Shown here: positions 1-9,551 of the stretch, piece by piece
How the letters are laid out: the number at the start of each line of letters is the position of its first letter
Numbering within the stretch: the stretch's first letter is position 1
DNA from: Nitrospirota bacterium
Lineage (GTDB): Bacteria > Nitrospirota > Thermodesulfovibrionia > Thermodesulfovibrionales > UBA9159
DNA length: 64,000 bases
Reading direction: 5' to 3'
NCBI GenBank assembly: GCA_963699545.1
Contig: CAVOUE010000004.1
Location: forward strand, 64,001-128,000
Translations under genes and position numbers: made by a program
The notes under the pieces: model-generated
Told to the model about the DNA's origin: nothing
Database searches by the model: none
What the model saw: only the letters and a program-made list of their open reading frames with translations

Positions 1-1
1 T

Positions 2-1636
2 GAAGAACATTCTGCCGATGTGGTCGCCTTTCCTGAGCTGTCGGTCACCGGATACCCCCCCGAAGACCTTCTTTTGAAACCGCAGTTCATTAAAGACAAC
101 CTCGAGGCCCTCAGGAGGATCAAGGAAGAGGTCTGGGACATCACCGCTATCGTCGGTTTCGTGGACAGGAAGAATGATATCTATAACGCCGCGGCGGTTC
201 TTTACAACAAGAATATCGTCGATATCTATCACAAGATGTACCTCCCCAACTACGGCGTCTTTGATGAATACCGCTATTTTCAGGTCGGAACGAGGTTTCC
301 CCTTTACAGCATCGGCGACGTCACCATCGGTGTGAACATCTGTGAGGATATCTGGTACCCGGAAGGACCGGCTCACGTCCAGTCACTGTTCGGGGCCGAG
401 CTGATCATCAACATCAATGCGTCTCCCTACCATGTGGGCAAAGCAGCCTTCAGGGAAACCATGCTCTCAACAAGGTCATCCGACAACGCTGTGGTGATCG
501 CCTATCTGAATACCGTGGGCGGACAGGATGAGCTGGTATTTGACGGGCACAGCATTGTGGTGAATGAGAGGGGAGAGATCATCTGCCGGGGGAAACAGTT
601 CGAGGAAGATCTCATCATTGTCGACCTGAACCTGGACGCGGTCTTCATGCAGAGGCTCCACGACCCGAGGAGAAGGCAGGAAGCTGCAACTGCGGAGAGA
701 TCGAAGGTCGAGAGGATCCTGGTATCCAGAGAAAGACCCGGCAAGGCAAGGGGGCCCCTCCCGAAGAGAGCGCACGGGGTGCTGCATCAGACAGAGGAGA
801 TCTATCGCGCCCTTGTTCTCGGGACATCTGACTATGTCGCCAAGAACGGGTTCGAGGAAACGGTGATCGGGTTGAGCGGAGGCGTGGACTCCAGCCTCGT
901 TGCGGTCATAGCGGCTGATGCACTGGGGAAAGAGAGGGTGAAAGGGCTCTTCATGCCGTCTCCCTATACATCACGGGAAAGCAGGGAAGACGCCTTTGAG
1001 CTTGCCCGTAACCTCGGCATCGAGCTTTTCGAGGAGCCGATTGCGGAAATATACGAAACCTATCTCAAGACGCTGAAAGAACGGTTCAAGGGACTTAAGG
1101 CGGATACGACCGAGGAGAATCTCCAGGCAAGGATAAGGGGCAATCTCCTCATGGCGTTCTCCAACAAGTTTAACTGGCTTGTGCTTACCACGGGCAACAA
1201 GTCGGAGATGAGTGTCGGGTATGCGACCCTGTACGGTGATATGGCGGGCGGATTTGCGGTGATCAAGGACGTGCCGAAGACCATGGTGTACGAGCTATGC
1301 AAATGGAGGAATGGGAAGGAAGGGAGGCCGCCCATCCCCGAGAGGATATTGTGGAAGGAGCCTTCAGCAGAACTCAAGCCTGGTCAGAAAGACACCGACA
1401 CGCTGCCGCCATATCAGGTCCTTGACCCTGTCCTGAAGTCCTATGTGGAAAATGACAGGAGCTTCGAGGAAATAGTTTCCCCGGAATGCGGCGCTGAATG
1501 CGTCAGCAAAGTGATCAGTATGATAGACCGGAGCGAGTACAAGAGAAGACAGTCCCCTCCGGGCATTAAGATAACGAGGAGGGCATTTGGAAGGGACAGA
1601 AGGTTTCCGATAACAAACAGATACAAGAGTACGTGA
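2..1636 (+). CDS. nadE: Glutamine-dependent NAD+ synthetase (5' end outside window)
   Basis: Nitrilase motifs FPEL, LPNYGVFDE and ICEDIW, followed by synthetase motifs GLSGGVDSS, ENLQARIRG and TTGNKSE; frame is open to the window start. Confidence 0.97.
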   Translation, partial: EEHSADVVAFPELSVTGYPPEDLLLKPQFIKDNLEALRRIKEEVWDITAIVGFVDRKNDIYNAAAVLYNKNIVDIYHKMYLPNYGVFDEYRYFQVGTRFPLYSIGDVTIGVNICEDIWYPEGPAHVQSLFGAELIININASPYHVGKAAFRETMLSTRSSDNAVVIAYLNTVGGQDELVFDGHSIVVNERGEIICRGKQFEEDLIIVDLNLDAVFMQRLHDPRRRQEAATAERSKVERILVSRERPGKARGPLPKRAHGVLHQTEEIYRALVLGTSDYVAKNGFEETVIGLSGGVDSSLVAVIAADALGKERVKGLFMPSPYTSRESREDAFELARNLGIELFEEPIAEIYETYLKTLKERFKGLKADTTEENLQARIRGNLLMAFSNKFNWLVLTTGNKSEMSVGYATLYGDMAGGFAVIKDVPKTMVYELCKWRNGKEGRPPIPERILWKEPSAELKPGQKDTDTLPPYQVLDPVLKSYVENDRSFEEIVSPECGAECVSKVISMIDRSEYKRRQSPPGIKITRRAFGRDRRFPITNRYKST

Positions 1637-1675
1637 TCGCTGTCAATTGCGAGAATCTTATCCTGGAGGAGAGAA

Positions 1676-1927
1676 ATGGTTTTTTTGGGGAGAGGAGCGA
1701 TTTTTTTCCTGACACTGTTCATTGCCGGGGGTGTGGCTTTTGCAGAAACAACCGACTTTCAGTTCAAGAAACAGCCTGAAATACAGCAGGTGAGACCGCA
1801 AAGACCGGTAAAGATAAAGCTGCACAGGAACGCAAAGGGTGAATATTCATGGGACCTCAATGGTGATAACGTTGACGAGATCGTGAATACGGACAGGAAA
1901 CTGAGGAAACTGCTCAAAATACAGTGA
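1676..1927 (+). CDS. Small exported hypothetical protein
   Basis: Signal-peptide-like N-terminus ending AFA; GGAG-type RBS upstream. Confidence 0.7.
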   Translation: MVFLGRGAIFFLTLFIAGGVAFAETTDFQFKKQPEIQQVRPQRPVKIKLHRNAKGEYSWDLNGDNVDEIVNTDRKLRKLLKIQ

Positions 1928-2011
1928 GCCCTGTTTCATCGCCGGACTGCTCATGGAGTGTATAACCGGACGGGTCTGCGGCTAATGAGGCATTCATAAA
2001 GGAGGAGCATT

Positions 2012-2482
2012 ATGGAAAGATTTTCGATCAGGGAGGCTGTTGAACAGGCGGTGCAGACCGAGAAGCTGGGATATCAGTTTTATACGACCATAGCGGAGAG
2101 GTTCGTCAAGGATGCAGGGCTGAACAACCTCTTTACAACACTGGCGAAAAAAGAGTTGAGACACGAAAAGACGTTCAAGGAGCTTCTTGAGATCATCAAG
2201 GATGAAGAACCTGTGGACTGGGAAGAGGGGGAACAGTATCTGAGGGCGATCGTCGAGTCGGAGTTTTTTCTTGGCAAGAACAAGTCCCTTCCCTCGATGG
2301 AGAATGTGAAGACAGTGGAGGACGCCGTGAATTTCGCCCTGGGATTTGAGAAGGAGACCCTCCTCTATTTCTACGGACTCAGGGGCGCGGTGAAGGAAAC
2401 GGAAGTGGTGGAAGAGATCATCAACGAGGAGCGGAGCCACATCATGTGGCTGAACAAGTTCAGGAGCAGCTTTAAGAAATAA
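2012..2482 (+). CDS. Rubrerythrin/ferritin-like protein
   Basis: Two ExxH di-iron motifs (ELRH, EERSH); AAAGGAGG RBS. Confidence 0.9.
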   Translation: MERFSIREAVEQAVQTEKLGYQFYTTIAERFVKDAGLNNLFTTLAKKELRHEKTFKELLEIIKDEEPVDWEEGEQYLRAIVESEFFLGKNKSLPSMENVKTVEDAVNFALGFEKETLLYFYGLRGAVKETEVVEEIINEERSHIMWLNKFRSSFKK

Positions 2483-2512
2483 CAAAGAAATCCGATGCAT
2501 CGTGTTGTGATA

Positions 2513-2684
2513 ATAAATAGCGCTGTTTTTCGCTCCCTGCGATATTTTTCGACTGTTCTAAACTCTTTCTGCTACAGCTTCGAAACTCGCCTTTCGGGCT
2601 CAAACAGTCGAAGCTGTTGACGCTCCAATTCGTTAAGAACTGTTGCCGAAAAATATCAATGCCGCTCAAAACAGCACTATTTAT
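2513..2684. repeat. ~170 bp nested inverted-repeat (long hairpin) element, MITE/REP-like
   Basis: Nested arm pairs ATAAATAGCGCTGTTTT/AAAACAGCACTATTTAT, GATATTTTTCG/CGAAAAATATC and ACAGCTTCGA/TCGAAGCTGT. Confidence 0.8.
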
Positions 2685-2693
2685 CGATAGATT

Positions 2694-3509
2694 ATGAAAG
2701 GCACTCTCTACATTGTCTCGACGCCCATCGGCAATCTTGAGGATATCACCCTCAGGGCCTTGCGGATTCTGAAAGAAGTCGATGTCATCGCTGCCGAGGA
2801 TACGAGGCATTCGTCAAAGCTCCTGAACCATTACGGGATCTCGAAGCCCCTCCTGAGCTACTGGGGTGAAAAGGAGAAGGTCAAGGCGGAAGAAGTCCTT
2901 GCGAAGCTCCGCGAGGGGCAGGCGGTGGCATTGATCTCTGACGCGGGCACGCCCGGCATTTCTGACCCGGGAGGCGTTCTTGTCGAGAGGGCGGTGGCGG
3001 AGGGCATTCCGGTGGTGTCTGTGCCAGGTCCCTCTGCCCTTGTGGCTGCCATCTCCCTTTCAGGGCTTCCCATCAAGGAATTCACTTTTGTCGGTTTTCT
3101 TCCTCCCAGGAAAAGCCAGAGGCGAAAAATGCTGGACGAACTTGGTATGGAGAGGCGGACCTTTGTCTTTTATGAGGCGCCCCACAGGATCATCGAGACG
3201 CTGGAGGATATGAGGGAAGTGTGGGGAGACAGGAAAGCCGCTGTCGTGCGGGAGATCACAAAGATCCATGAGGAAACACTGAGAGGGAGCGTCGCTGATA
3301 TTCTCCGGGAGATTCAGGACAGGACGATCGCTGGAGAGTATGTCATCATCGTTGAAGGAAGGAGGAGCACGGAAGTGTCCTATGACGATGCGCTGACCGA
3401 GGTCAGGGCGCTGATGAAAAAAGGGAAAGGGAGAAAGGAAGCGGTCAAGATGGTATCGGGGCAGTATGGGTTGAGCAAGAATGAGCTCTACGACAGGAGC
3501 CTTGAATGA
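2694..3509 (+). CDS. rsmI: 16S rRNA (cytidine1402-2'-O)-methyltransferase
   Basis: LYIVSTPIGNLEDIT, AEDTR, SDAGTPGISDPG, REITKIHEE. Confidence 0.97.
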   Translation: MKGTLYIVSTPIGNLEDITLRALRILKEVDVIAAEDTRHSSKLLNHYGISKPLLSYWGEKEKVKAEEVLAKLREGQAVALISDAGTPGISDPGGVLVERAVAEGIPVVSVPGPSALVAAISLSGLPIKEFTFVGFLPPRKSQRRKMLDELGMERRTFVFYEAPHRIIETLEDMREVWGDRKAAVVREITKIHEETLRGSVADILREIQDRTIAGEYVIIVEGRRSTEVSYDDALTEVRALMKKGKGRKEAVKMVSGQYGLSKNELYDRSLE

Positions 3510-3564
3510 GACCCGACGGTTCGATCTGTAATAGGGCACTGCAAGCATAGAGCGGGCGTCCCCC

Positions 3565-4146
3565 ATGAAAAAGATACTCCCAGGCATAATCCTTGTTCTT
3601 CTCCTTTCTTCCTGGTTTGTATTTCTGTCCTTATGGTTCTATGACGGCAGTGCCTTTGCTGTCGGAGATGAGAACCGTCAGTCCGTAGAAAAGAGAGTCA
3701 TCGCACTCGTGAATAGTGCAAGACTCAGGGGCGCCCGGTGTGGCAACGCATACTATGCGGCAACGAGGCCCCTGGACTGGAATGAGACCCTCTCGCAGGC
3801 AGCAAGGAAGCATTCCCTTGACATGGCGTCGGAAGAGAGCGTGGGTCATACGGGTTCTGACGGCAGCGGACCCGGAGAAAGGATCGCACGGTTGGAATAC
3901 AAGTGGATGACCTACGGGGAGAACGTGGCCTCCGGGTATCTAACCCCGGAAGAGGTAGTGAACGAATGGCTAAGGAACGAGGGGCATTGCAAGAACATCA
4001 TGAATCCGAGATTCAGGGAGGCCGGCGCCGCCTACGCAAAGGGTACAAAAAAGACATACTGGACTTTAGTACTGGCAGCTCCCGCATCTTCAGGCTACAG
4101 CAGGCCGCGACTACAGGCTGAGATTAGGATGAGTAATAATCGATGA
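3565..4146 (+). CDS. CAP/SCP domain exported protein
   Basis: HS.DMA, HTGSDGS, GENVA.G and W....GHC.NIM motifs; N-terminal hydrophobic segment. Confidence 0.9.
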   Translation: MKKILPGIILVLLLSSWFVFLSLWFYDGSAFAVGDENRQSVEKRVIALVNSARLRGARCGNAYYAATRPLDWNETLSQAARKHSLDMASEESVGHTGSDGSGPGERIARLEYKWMTYGENVASGYLTPEEVVNEWLRNEGHCKNIMNPRFREAGAAYAKGTKKTYWTLVLAAPASSGYSRPRLQAEIRMSNNR

Positions 4147-4760
4147 GTCTTCTCCTGATCGCCTTTTCATCATTTGTTATCGCTCTCTCCGGCGCGCTTG
4201 TTCCGGGACCGCTCTTCAGCATCACCGTGGCCGAATCCGCCAAAAGAGGAGCTATAGCGGGGCCGCTCATCATTATTGGTCACGGGATACTCGAGCTTTC
4301 CCTGATCATCCTTATTATTCTCGGAGTTGCGCCTTTCCTCACCGCCCCATCCGCCAAATCGGCAATAAGTATTACAGGGGGACTGATGCTCATCTATATG
4401 GGTTACCGGCTGATCAGGGACGGCAGGGGCGCAAGACTCCTGGTATCGGGAGAGGGAGCGCAAAAAGGGATGCATCCTGTTTTTTCAGGGATCATCGGTA
4501 GCATCTCAAATCCCTATTGGAGCATCTGGTGGATCACCATAGGAATGAGCTATCTTGTGAGTTCCATGAAGTTCGGCTGGCTCGGGGTAGGGGTATTTTT
4601 CATCGGTCATATCGTGGCTGACCTCGGCTGGTACAGCTTCATCTCCCTTGCCGTAGCCAAAGGGAGAAGCGTGATAGGAGACCGGGGGTACCGGTTTCTC
4701 CTCTATTGCTGCGGGACTTTTCTCGTATTCTTCGGCTTGTGGTTTCTGAAAGGGATTTAG
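4143..4760 (+). CDS. LysE family translocator
   Basis: SGALVPGP and SNPYW.IWW motifs; multiple TM segments. Confidence 0.88.
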   Translation: MSLLLIAFSSFVIALSGALVPGPLFSITVAESAKRGAIAGPLIIIGHGILELSLIILIILGVAPFLTAPSAKSAISITGGLMLIYMGYRLIRDGRGARLLVSGEGAQKGMHPVFSGIIGSISNPYWSIWWITIGMSYLVSSMKFGWLGVGVFFIGHIVADLGWYSFISLAVAKGRSVIGDRGYRFLLYCCGTFLVFFGLWFLKGI

Positions 4761-4778
4761 GGAAATAAGGAGGACACT

Positions 4779-5918
4779 ATGTCAAAGGTCTTTTTTTCTT
4801 CCGCAAGGGCGCTGAAATGGAAATATGATGACAGTATGCCGGGAAAGCTTGAAAGGCTCCTCAGGGAGATAGGACTGGCCAACTACTTCAGCCCAAAGGA
4901 ATGGGTGGCGGTGAAGACGCATTTCGGCTCGGAAGGCGCCCACAGGATAGTGAGGCCGGTATTCCTGAGGAAGGTCGTTGAGGGGTTGAAGGGCGTCGGT
5001 GCGAAACCATGCGTGGTAGATACCGTGAGGATAAAGGGGCTTGACTATCTTGATGTAGCCAATCAGAACGGTATCAACCATCTCTCGGTAGGTGCGCCTG
5101 TTATTCTCGCCGACGGTCTCTATGGCAAGGACAACATCATGGTGAAAGCCGGTGAGATACTCGGTGAAGTGGCGGTCGCTTCCCTGATATACGACATTCC
5201 CGCAATGGTGGTATGCAGCCACGTAAAGGGGCATATCAATGCAGGGTATGCCGGCGCGATCAAGAATGTGGCGATGGGAGGGGTAAGCTCGTCCCACCGG
5301 CATTGCGGCTGGAAGTGCGGAAGGGGAGCCATGCACACCATCGGCGAGGGTGATCTCGTATGGGACAGCGAAAAATGCGAACTCTGCTACCAGTGCGCAG
5401 AGGTATGTCCCCTGGACGCCATCGTGTTTGAAGAGGGAGATGAACTGGTCTGGGACGGAAATACCTGCTGGAGGTGCGGCAGATGTGTCAGGGTCTGCCA
5501 GTCCGGGGCCATTGTCATGCCGTCGGACGATGAAAGGTTCCTGCGCTCTCTTGCTGAGGCAGCCAAAGCGGTCCTGAGCACCTTTGAGACCGGTAAGGTG
5601 CTCTACATTAACTTCCTTACCGAAATACAGCCCGAATGTGACTGCATGCCCATAGCAGACGTCCCGGTCATCCAGGATAAGGGGATATTGGTATCAGATG
5701 ATATCGTTGCCATTGAGCAGGCAAGTATTGATCTGTTGAAGAAATCAGTCCCCCTCCCTGAATCCGCCATTACGGGGGAAAATGTCCCTCCGGGCGGGGA
5801 TATACTCCTGTCCCTTCACAAGAAAGACTATATAATCCAAGTAGTTGAGGCTGAAAGGTTAGGGCTCGGTGCAGCAATATACGACTTGGTAGAGGTAGAG
5901 GCCCCAAAAGAAAAGTAG
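4779..5918 (+). CDS. DUF362 domain 4Fe-4S protein
   Basis: VAVKTHFG, SHVKGH..AGY.GAIKN.AMG, two CxxCxxCxxxC ferredoxin motifs, PECDC. Confidence 0.9.
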   Translation: MSKVFFSSARALKWKYDDSMPGKLERLLREIGLANYFSPKEWVAVKTHFGSEGAHRIVRPVFLRKVVEGLKGVGAKPCVVDTVRIKGLDYLDVANQNGINHLSVGAPVILADGLYGKDNIMVKAGEILGEVAVASLIYDIPAMVVCSHVKGHINAGYAGAIKNVAMGGVSSSHRHCGWKCGRGAMHTIGEGDLVWDSEKCELCYQCAEVCPLDAIVFEEGDELVWDGNTCWRCGRCVRVCQSGAIVMPSDDERFLRSLAEAAKAVLSTFETGKVLYINFLTEIQPECDCMPIADVPVIQDKGILVSDDIVAIEQASIDLLKKSVPLPESAITGENVPPGGDILLSLHKKDYIIQVVEAERLGLGAAIYDLVEVEAPKEK

Positions 5919-5978
5919 CTGCTGTTCGTTTCCACGAACAGCAGCTTAGGGGAGGTAACGAGGCGCTTAAAATACGAT
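5906..5978 (-). ncRNA. Candidate small RNA with anti-Shine-Dalgarno (ACCUCCCC) segment
   Basis: Minus-strand TTGACA (6010-6005) and AT-rich -10 region, then CCTCGTTACCTCCCC directly before the terminator. Confidence 0.4.
5917..5946 (-). terminator. Intrinsic terminator hairpin
   Basis: Perfect 13-bp stem AGCTGCTGTTCGT/ACGAACAGCAGCT; U-rich tract follows on the minus strand. Confidence 0.75.
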
Positions 5979-6140
5979 TATATAATTACAGAAAAAAATC
6001 AGTTTGTCAAGTAAAATTTATAGGTTGGCTATAAATTATAATTTTAGGGCTATAAAATTTTTCTCACCCCTTCTTTCCCTGACAATGGCTTCCACAACAG
6101 AAGGACTTCGATGATCTCTTCCGGCTTATGGCGTATTCAG

Positions 6141-7343
6141 TTATGTCCGGTATTCCGCGTTTATCCGCACATATGCCTCGGTGAGGTCACAGGTGAGGAC
6201 CTTTGAAGAGGCTTTGCCGGTGTGGAGGTCAACGGTTATTCTTAGTTCCTTCTTCTTCAATACAGCCGTCGCTTCCTTATCCTTTCCAGTGGCGATGCCG
6301 TTCTTCACGAGTTTCACTTTGCCGAAAGAGATGTCGGTTTTATCCTCCTTGAGGGCGATCCCTGAATATCCAAGGGCCGCCATGATCCGGCCCCAGTTGG
6401 CATCGTTGCCATAAAGAGCGGTCTTCACCAGGAGCGAGTTGGCTACGGCAGACGCCGCCTTCTCCGCATCCACCTTGTTCCTGGCGTTCTTTATCTCTAT
6501 CTCCACCATTTTTGTGGCGCCTTCCCCATCCATTACTATCAGCCTGCTCAATGTGCAGGTAATATCTGAGAGTGCGGACACAAAGGGCCTGAATGCTCCG
6601 GAACCTCTGCTGATCACGTCGTTCCCTGCCATGCCGTTTGCCATGATCAGCACAGTATCATTGGTGGACATGTCCCCGTCAATAGTTATCCTGTTAAAGG
6701 AATGCTCCACAGCCTCTCTCAATGCGTCGTTAAGGGCTGTCCTTGCGACATTAAGATCGGTCATGATAAAGCACAGCATGGTGGCCATGTGAGGTCGGAT
6801 CATCCCTGCGCCCTTGCATATGCCGGTAATGGTACCGGTGCTCTTCCCCACTTTTACCTTTTTGCTCACCACCTTGGGAAAGGTGTCCGTTGTCATGATC
6901 GCGGCGGCAACATCATGGAGAGTTCCTACCCTGAGACCCGTGATCAGTTCAGGGAGCTTCCTCCGTATCCGGTCCATGGGCATAGGAGTCCCGATCACGC
7001 CAGTGGAACAGACGTATACCTGGCTCCGGCCCAGTTTCAATCCCCTCGCAACCAACGTCGTCATTTCCACGGCATCCTTCATACCCTGTCTTCCCGAACA
7101 GGCATTGGCATTTCCGCTGTTTACAATGATCGCCCGCCCTTTTCCGGCCCTGATCCTCTTCATATCGAGTTTTACCGGTGCCGCCTTGACCGCATTGGTC
7201 GTGAACATGCCGGACATTATCGCCTCTTTTTCAGAACAGATGAGAGCGAGATCCCTTCTCCCTGGTTTCTTGACGGCCGCTTCCACAGCGGCAAAGAGGA
7301 ATCCCCCCGGCGTTACTGCCTTTGTCCTGTCGTTCTTCTTCAT
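6141..7343 (-). CDS. argJ: Bifunctional glutamate N-acetyltransferase/ornithine acetyltransferase
   Basis: NSGNANAC, STGVIG, AIMTTDT, KGAGMI.PHMATML, DGDMSTND, DGEGATK, INAEYRT. Confidence 0.97.
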   Translation of the reverse strand: MKKNDRTKAVTPGGFLFAAVEAAVKKPGRRDLALICSEKEAIMSGMFTTNAVKAAPVKLDMKRIRAGKGRAIIVNSGNANACSGRQGMKDAVEMTTLVARGLKLGRSQVYVCSTGVIGTPMPMDRIRRKLPELITGLRVGTLHDVAAAIMTTDTFPKVVSKKVKVGKSTGTITGICKGAGMIRPHMATMLCFIMTDLNVARTALNDALREAVEHSFNRITIDGDMSTNDTVLIMANGMAGNDVISRGSGAFRPFVSALSDITCTLSRLIVMDGEGATKMVEIEIKNARNKVDAEKAASAVANSLLVKTALYGNDANWGRIMAALGYSGIALKEDKTDISFGKVKLVKNGIATGKDKEATAVLKKKELRITVDLHTGKASSKVLTCDLTEAYVRINAEYRT

Positions 7344-7502
7344 ACGTAATACGTTACCGTGGTTTTTCCTTTTTTTCAAGCAAAACAATCCTTTTTTTGA
7401 GCAGCATCATGTGGTGATTCTTGCTTTTCCCTGTCTCAAGGAAGGATCAGCCTTGACGGGAAGCATAATAGCGAGTATCTTTTTAGGTAAGGGGAACAGA
7501 CA

Positions 7503-7838
7503 TTGGAGATCATACACAATATTCTGCAGGTAGTTATTCTGACTATTAGCGGATTAGGGGCTGCAGTTGTAGTCTGGGGCGTTCTTGAGGCGATGGTTGC
7601 ATTTGTCGGTCTAAAGTTCTCCTCTGCGAAGGAAGATGCAGTTTCCAAGAGTGAAACTGTTCGCCAACGTCTCGGCGCCCATCTTCTTCTCGGACTGGAA
7701 ATCTTCATTGCGGCTGATATCATCAGTTCCGCTGTCAGTCCGAGTTGGGAAAAGGTGGGCATCCTGGTAACCATTGTAGGCGTACGGACAGTTCTAAGCT
7801 ACTTCCTGAGGATGGAGTTAAGGCAGGGCGTGCGTTAA
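7503..7838 (+). CDS. DUF1622 family membrane protein
   Basis: R..LG..LLLGLEI.IAADII and RTVLSYFL..E signatures. Confidence 0.85.
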   Translation: MEIIHNILQVVILTISGLGAAVVVWGVLEAMVAFVGLKFSSAKEDAVSKSETVRQRLGAHLLLGLEIFIAADIISSAVSPSWEKVGILVTIVGVRTVLSYFLRMELRQGVR

Positions 7839-7909
7839 ACACTTCCTGAGGTCAAACGCCTTAAATATGTTTTGTAGCTCAAGGAAGTTGCTAAATCTAA
7901 AGAAATAAC

Positions 7910-7938
7910 TTGACAATTGATTTTCGTTATGTTAAAAA
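7910..7938 (+). promoter_or_regulatory. Sigma70 promoter upstream of riboswitch
   Basis: TTGACA, 17 bp spacer, TAAAAA with extended TG. Confidence 0.6.
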
Positions 7939-7951
7939 TGACGTTGAAGAC

Positions 7952-8058
7952 ATCCCGACAAAGCCTAACCCTTCGTGAGAGGGGAGCGGAAAGCAACGGG
8001 TCTGCCGAAAAGACAGCCGGGCTACCGAAGGATAAGCTTTTGGTATCCCGGTTTTTTT
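7952..8058 (+). ncRNA. Cyclic di-GMP-I (GEMM-I) riboswitch with overlapping intrinsic terminator
   Basis: CGACAAAGCCTAACC-CTTC-GTGA-GAGG-GGAGCGGAAAGC...GGGTCT...AGACAGCCGGGCTACCGA matches GEMM-I architecture; terminator CCGGG.TACC...GGTA.CCCGG-T7 at 8017-8058. Confidence 0.9.
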
Positions 8059-8111
8059 ACAAGCATAGTCATAACTATCTTGATAGAATCTCAGAAAAAG
8101 GGAGGATGGTA

Positions 8112-9437
8112 ATGAAGAAGAAAGAAATGAGCGTAGTAATGATGTGCGTCGTTGCCCTGATTATCTCAGTTTCTTTGCCATGCGTCGCACATGCCGCCAT
8201 GGTAGCTACGGATAATCCGTTATATGCGCCGGGAGAGAGCATCAATATTATCGGTGTTGGTTGGCAACCGTTCGAGTTTGTCTCGTTGGTATTATACGAT
8301 AGCAGCGATCTTGTTAATCCATACTCCATATTAAGTAATGCTCAAGCAGACGATAACGGCACCTTTTTTGTCGTTCCCGCGTATGTTGCACAAGCGGGAG
8401 ATGAAGGCAGGGCGTTTACCCTGAAGGCAACAGGACAGTCTTCCGGTTTCTTGGCCCAGGCGACGTTTGATGACGCCCCGCATCTGCATTTTTTTGAGGA
8501 CGCCTCACAGAACATACCCCGTGACGCGTTTGCCTGGGGCAGAACGGTGTATGCTCGGGCCGATGACTTATTCACGAGCCCGATGAGGCCGTGCTGGCAG
8601 GTCGTGTGGAGAGACCCTTATAATAACGTAGTTGAAACACACAACCTCGATGCCTCGTTATCAAACAACCGGAACGATTCTTTTGTTATCCCTGCCTGGG
8701 GTCCGAGCGGGGTCTGGAAGGCTGAACTATACAGGCCGTCAAATGCAAATGCTTGCGGAAGCGTCCCATCGTTTAGCCTGCGGAGCACTTTAACTTTTGA
8801 CGTGGCCCGGATCGTCATCATCGGCGCACACGATTCGTACATTACCAGTCATTCTCCTGATTTTAATTCAAACTCCAGCCTTCTTTCCAGGTACCTCCTG
8901 GATGTCAATAACGATTCTAACGATACCGAGAAGACGTTTTTGCGTTTCAATCTTGCGCCCCTGGGGAACGTCTTCTCTGCAAAGGTTCGCATGCGTCTCC
9001 TTATACCGCCCGTCCTTTTTGGCTCGCCACGCACGTATAATATCAATCGTGTGACCGGTCCGTGGGATGTCAATACCATCACCTGGAACAACCAGCCGGG
9101 CGTTGCTAATCCTTTTACGGATCAGCAGTCGATACCAACTGGTCTTTCCGCTTTCAACAGTTATGTACGCTGGGATGTAACATCTGACGTGGTGGGGACT
9201 ACCCAGGAGTTCGTCCATCATGGCTGGCGGGTCGTCGACTCACAGGGGCAAGATCCCGAAGGCATTTTCTATTCAACCGAGTCGAATACGTTATTGGGCG
9301 GCAAGATCTACGGGCCGGTGCTGTTGTTGGACGCAGTATTAGACGTTCCGACTATGACAGAATGGGGCATGATTATTTTTGTGATCCTTGCGGGCCTCGG
9401 GTCTGTTCTTTACCTGAGGAGGCAGAGGAGAGTTTAG
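8112..9437 (+). CDS. Secreted surface protein with DNRLRE/CBM96-like domain and IPTL-CTERM sorting signal
   Basis: GGAGG RBS at 8101-8105; signal peptide ending AHA; DSYI...P..N, FLRFNL, W....ITWNNQP and WDVT motifs; C-terminal VPTMTEWG-TM-RRQRR. Confidence 0.85.
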   Translation: MKKKEMSVVMMCVVALIISVSLPCVAHAAMVATDNPLYAPGESINIIGVGWQPFEFVSLVLYDSSDLVNPYSILSNAQADDNGTFFVVPAYVAQAGDEGRAFTLKATGQSSGFLAQATFDDAPHLHFFEDASQNIPRDAFAWGRTVYARADDLFTSPMRPCWQVVWRDPYNNVVETHNLDASLSNNRNDSFVIPAWGPSGVWKAELYRPSNANACGSVPSFSLRSTLTFDVARIVIIGAHDSYITSHSPDFNSNSSLLSRYLLDVNNDSNDTEKTFLRFNLAPLGNVFSAKVRMRLLIPPVLFGSPRTYNINRVTGPWDVNTITWNNQPGVANPFTDQQSIPTGLSAFNSYVRWDVTSDVVGTTQEFVHHGWRVVDSQGQDPEGIFYSTESNTLLGGKIYGPVLLLDAVLDVPTMTEWGMIIFVILAGLGSVLYLRRQRRV

Positions 9438-9454
9438 GTTTCGCGGCATAGGCG

Positions 9455-9492
9455 AACAAAACGGGCAGGGTGCATCCCCTGCCCGTTTTGTT
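9455..9492 (+). terminator. Intrinsic terminator/hairpin
   Basis: 16-bp stem AACAAAACGGGCAGGG/CCCTGCCCGTTTTGTT. Confidence 0.8.
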
Positions 9493-9551
9493 TGTGAGGG
9501 AGAAGGTCGGGACGTGACAGAAACAATAACCGTGGTTTATGATAAAGGGAG

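Noticed and set aside
7917-8111. N-terminal extension of the 506-aa ORF
   Set aside because: It overlaps the promoter and riboswitch; the RBS and signal peptide indicate a start at 8112.
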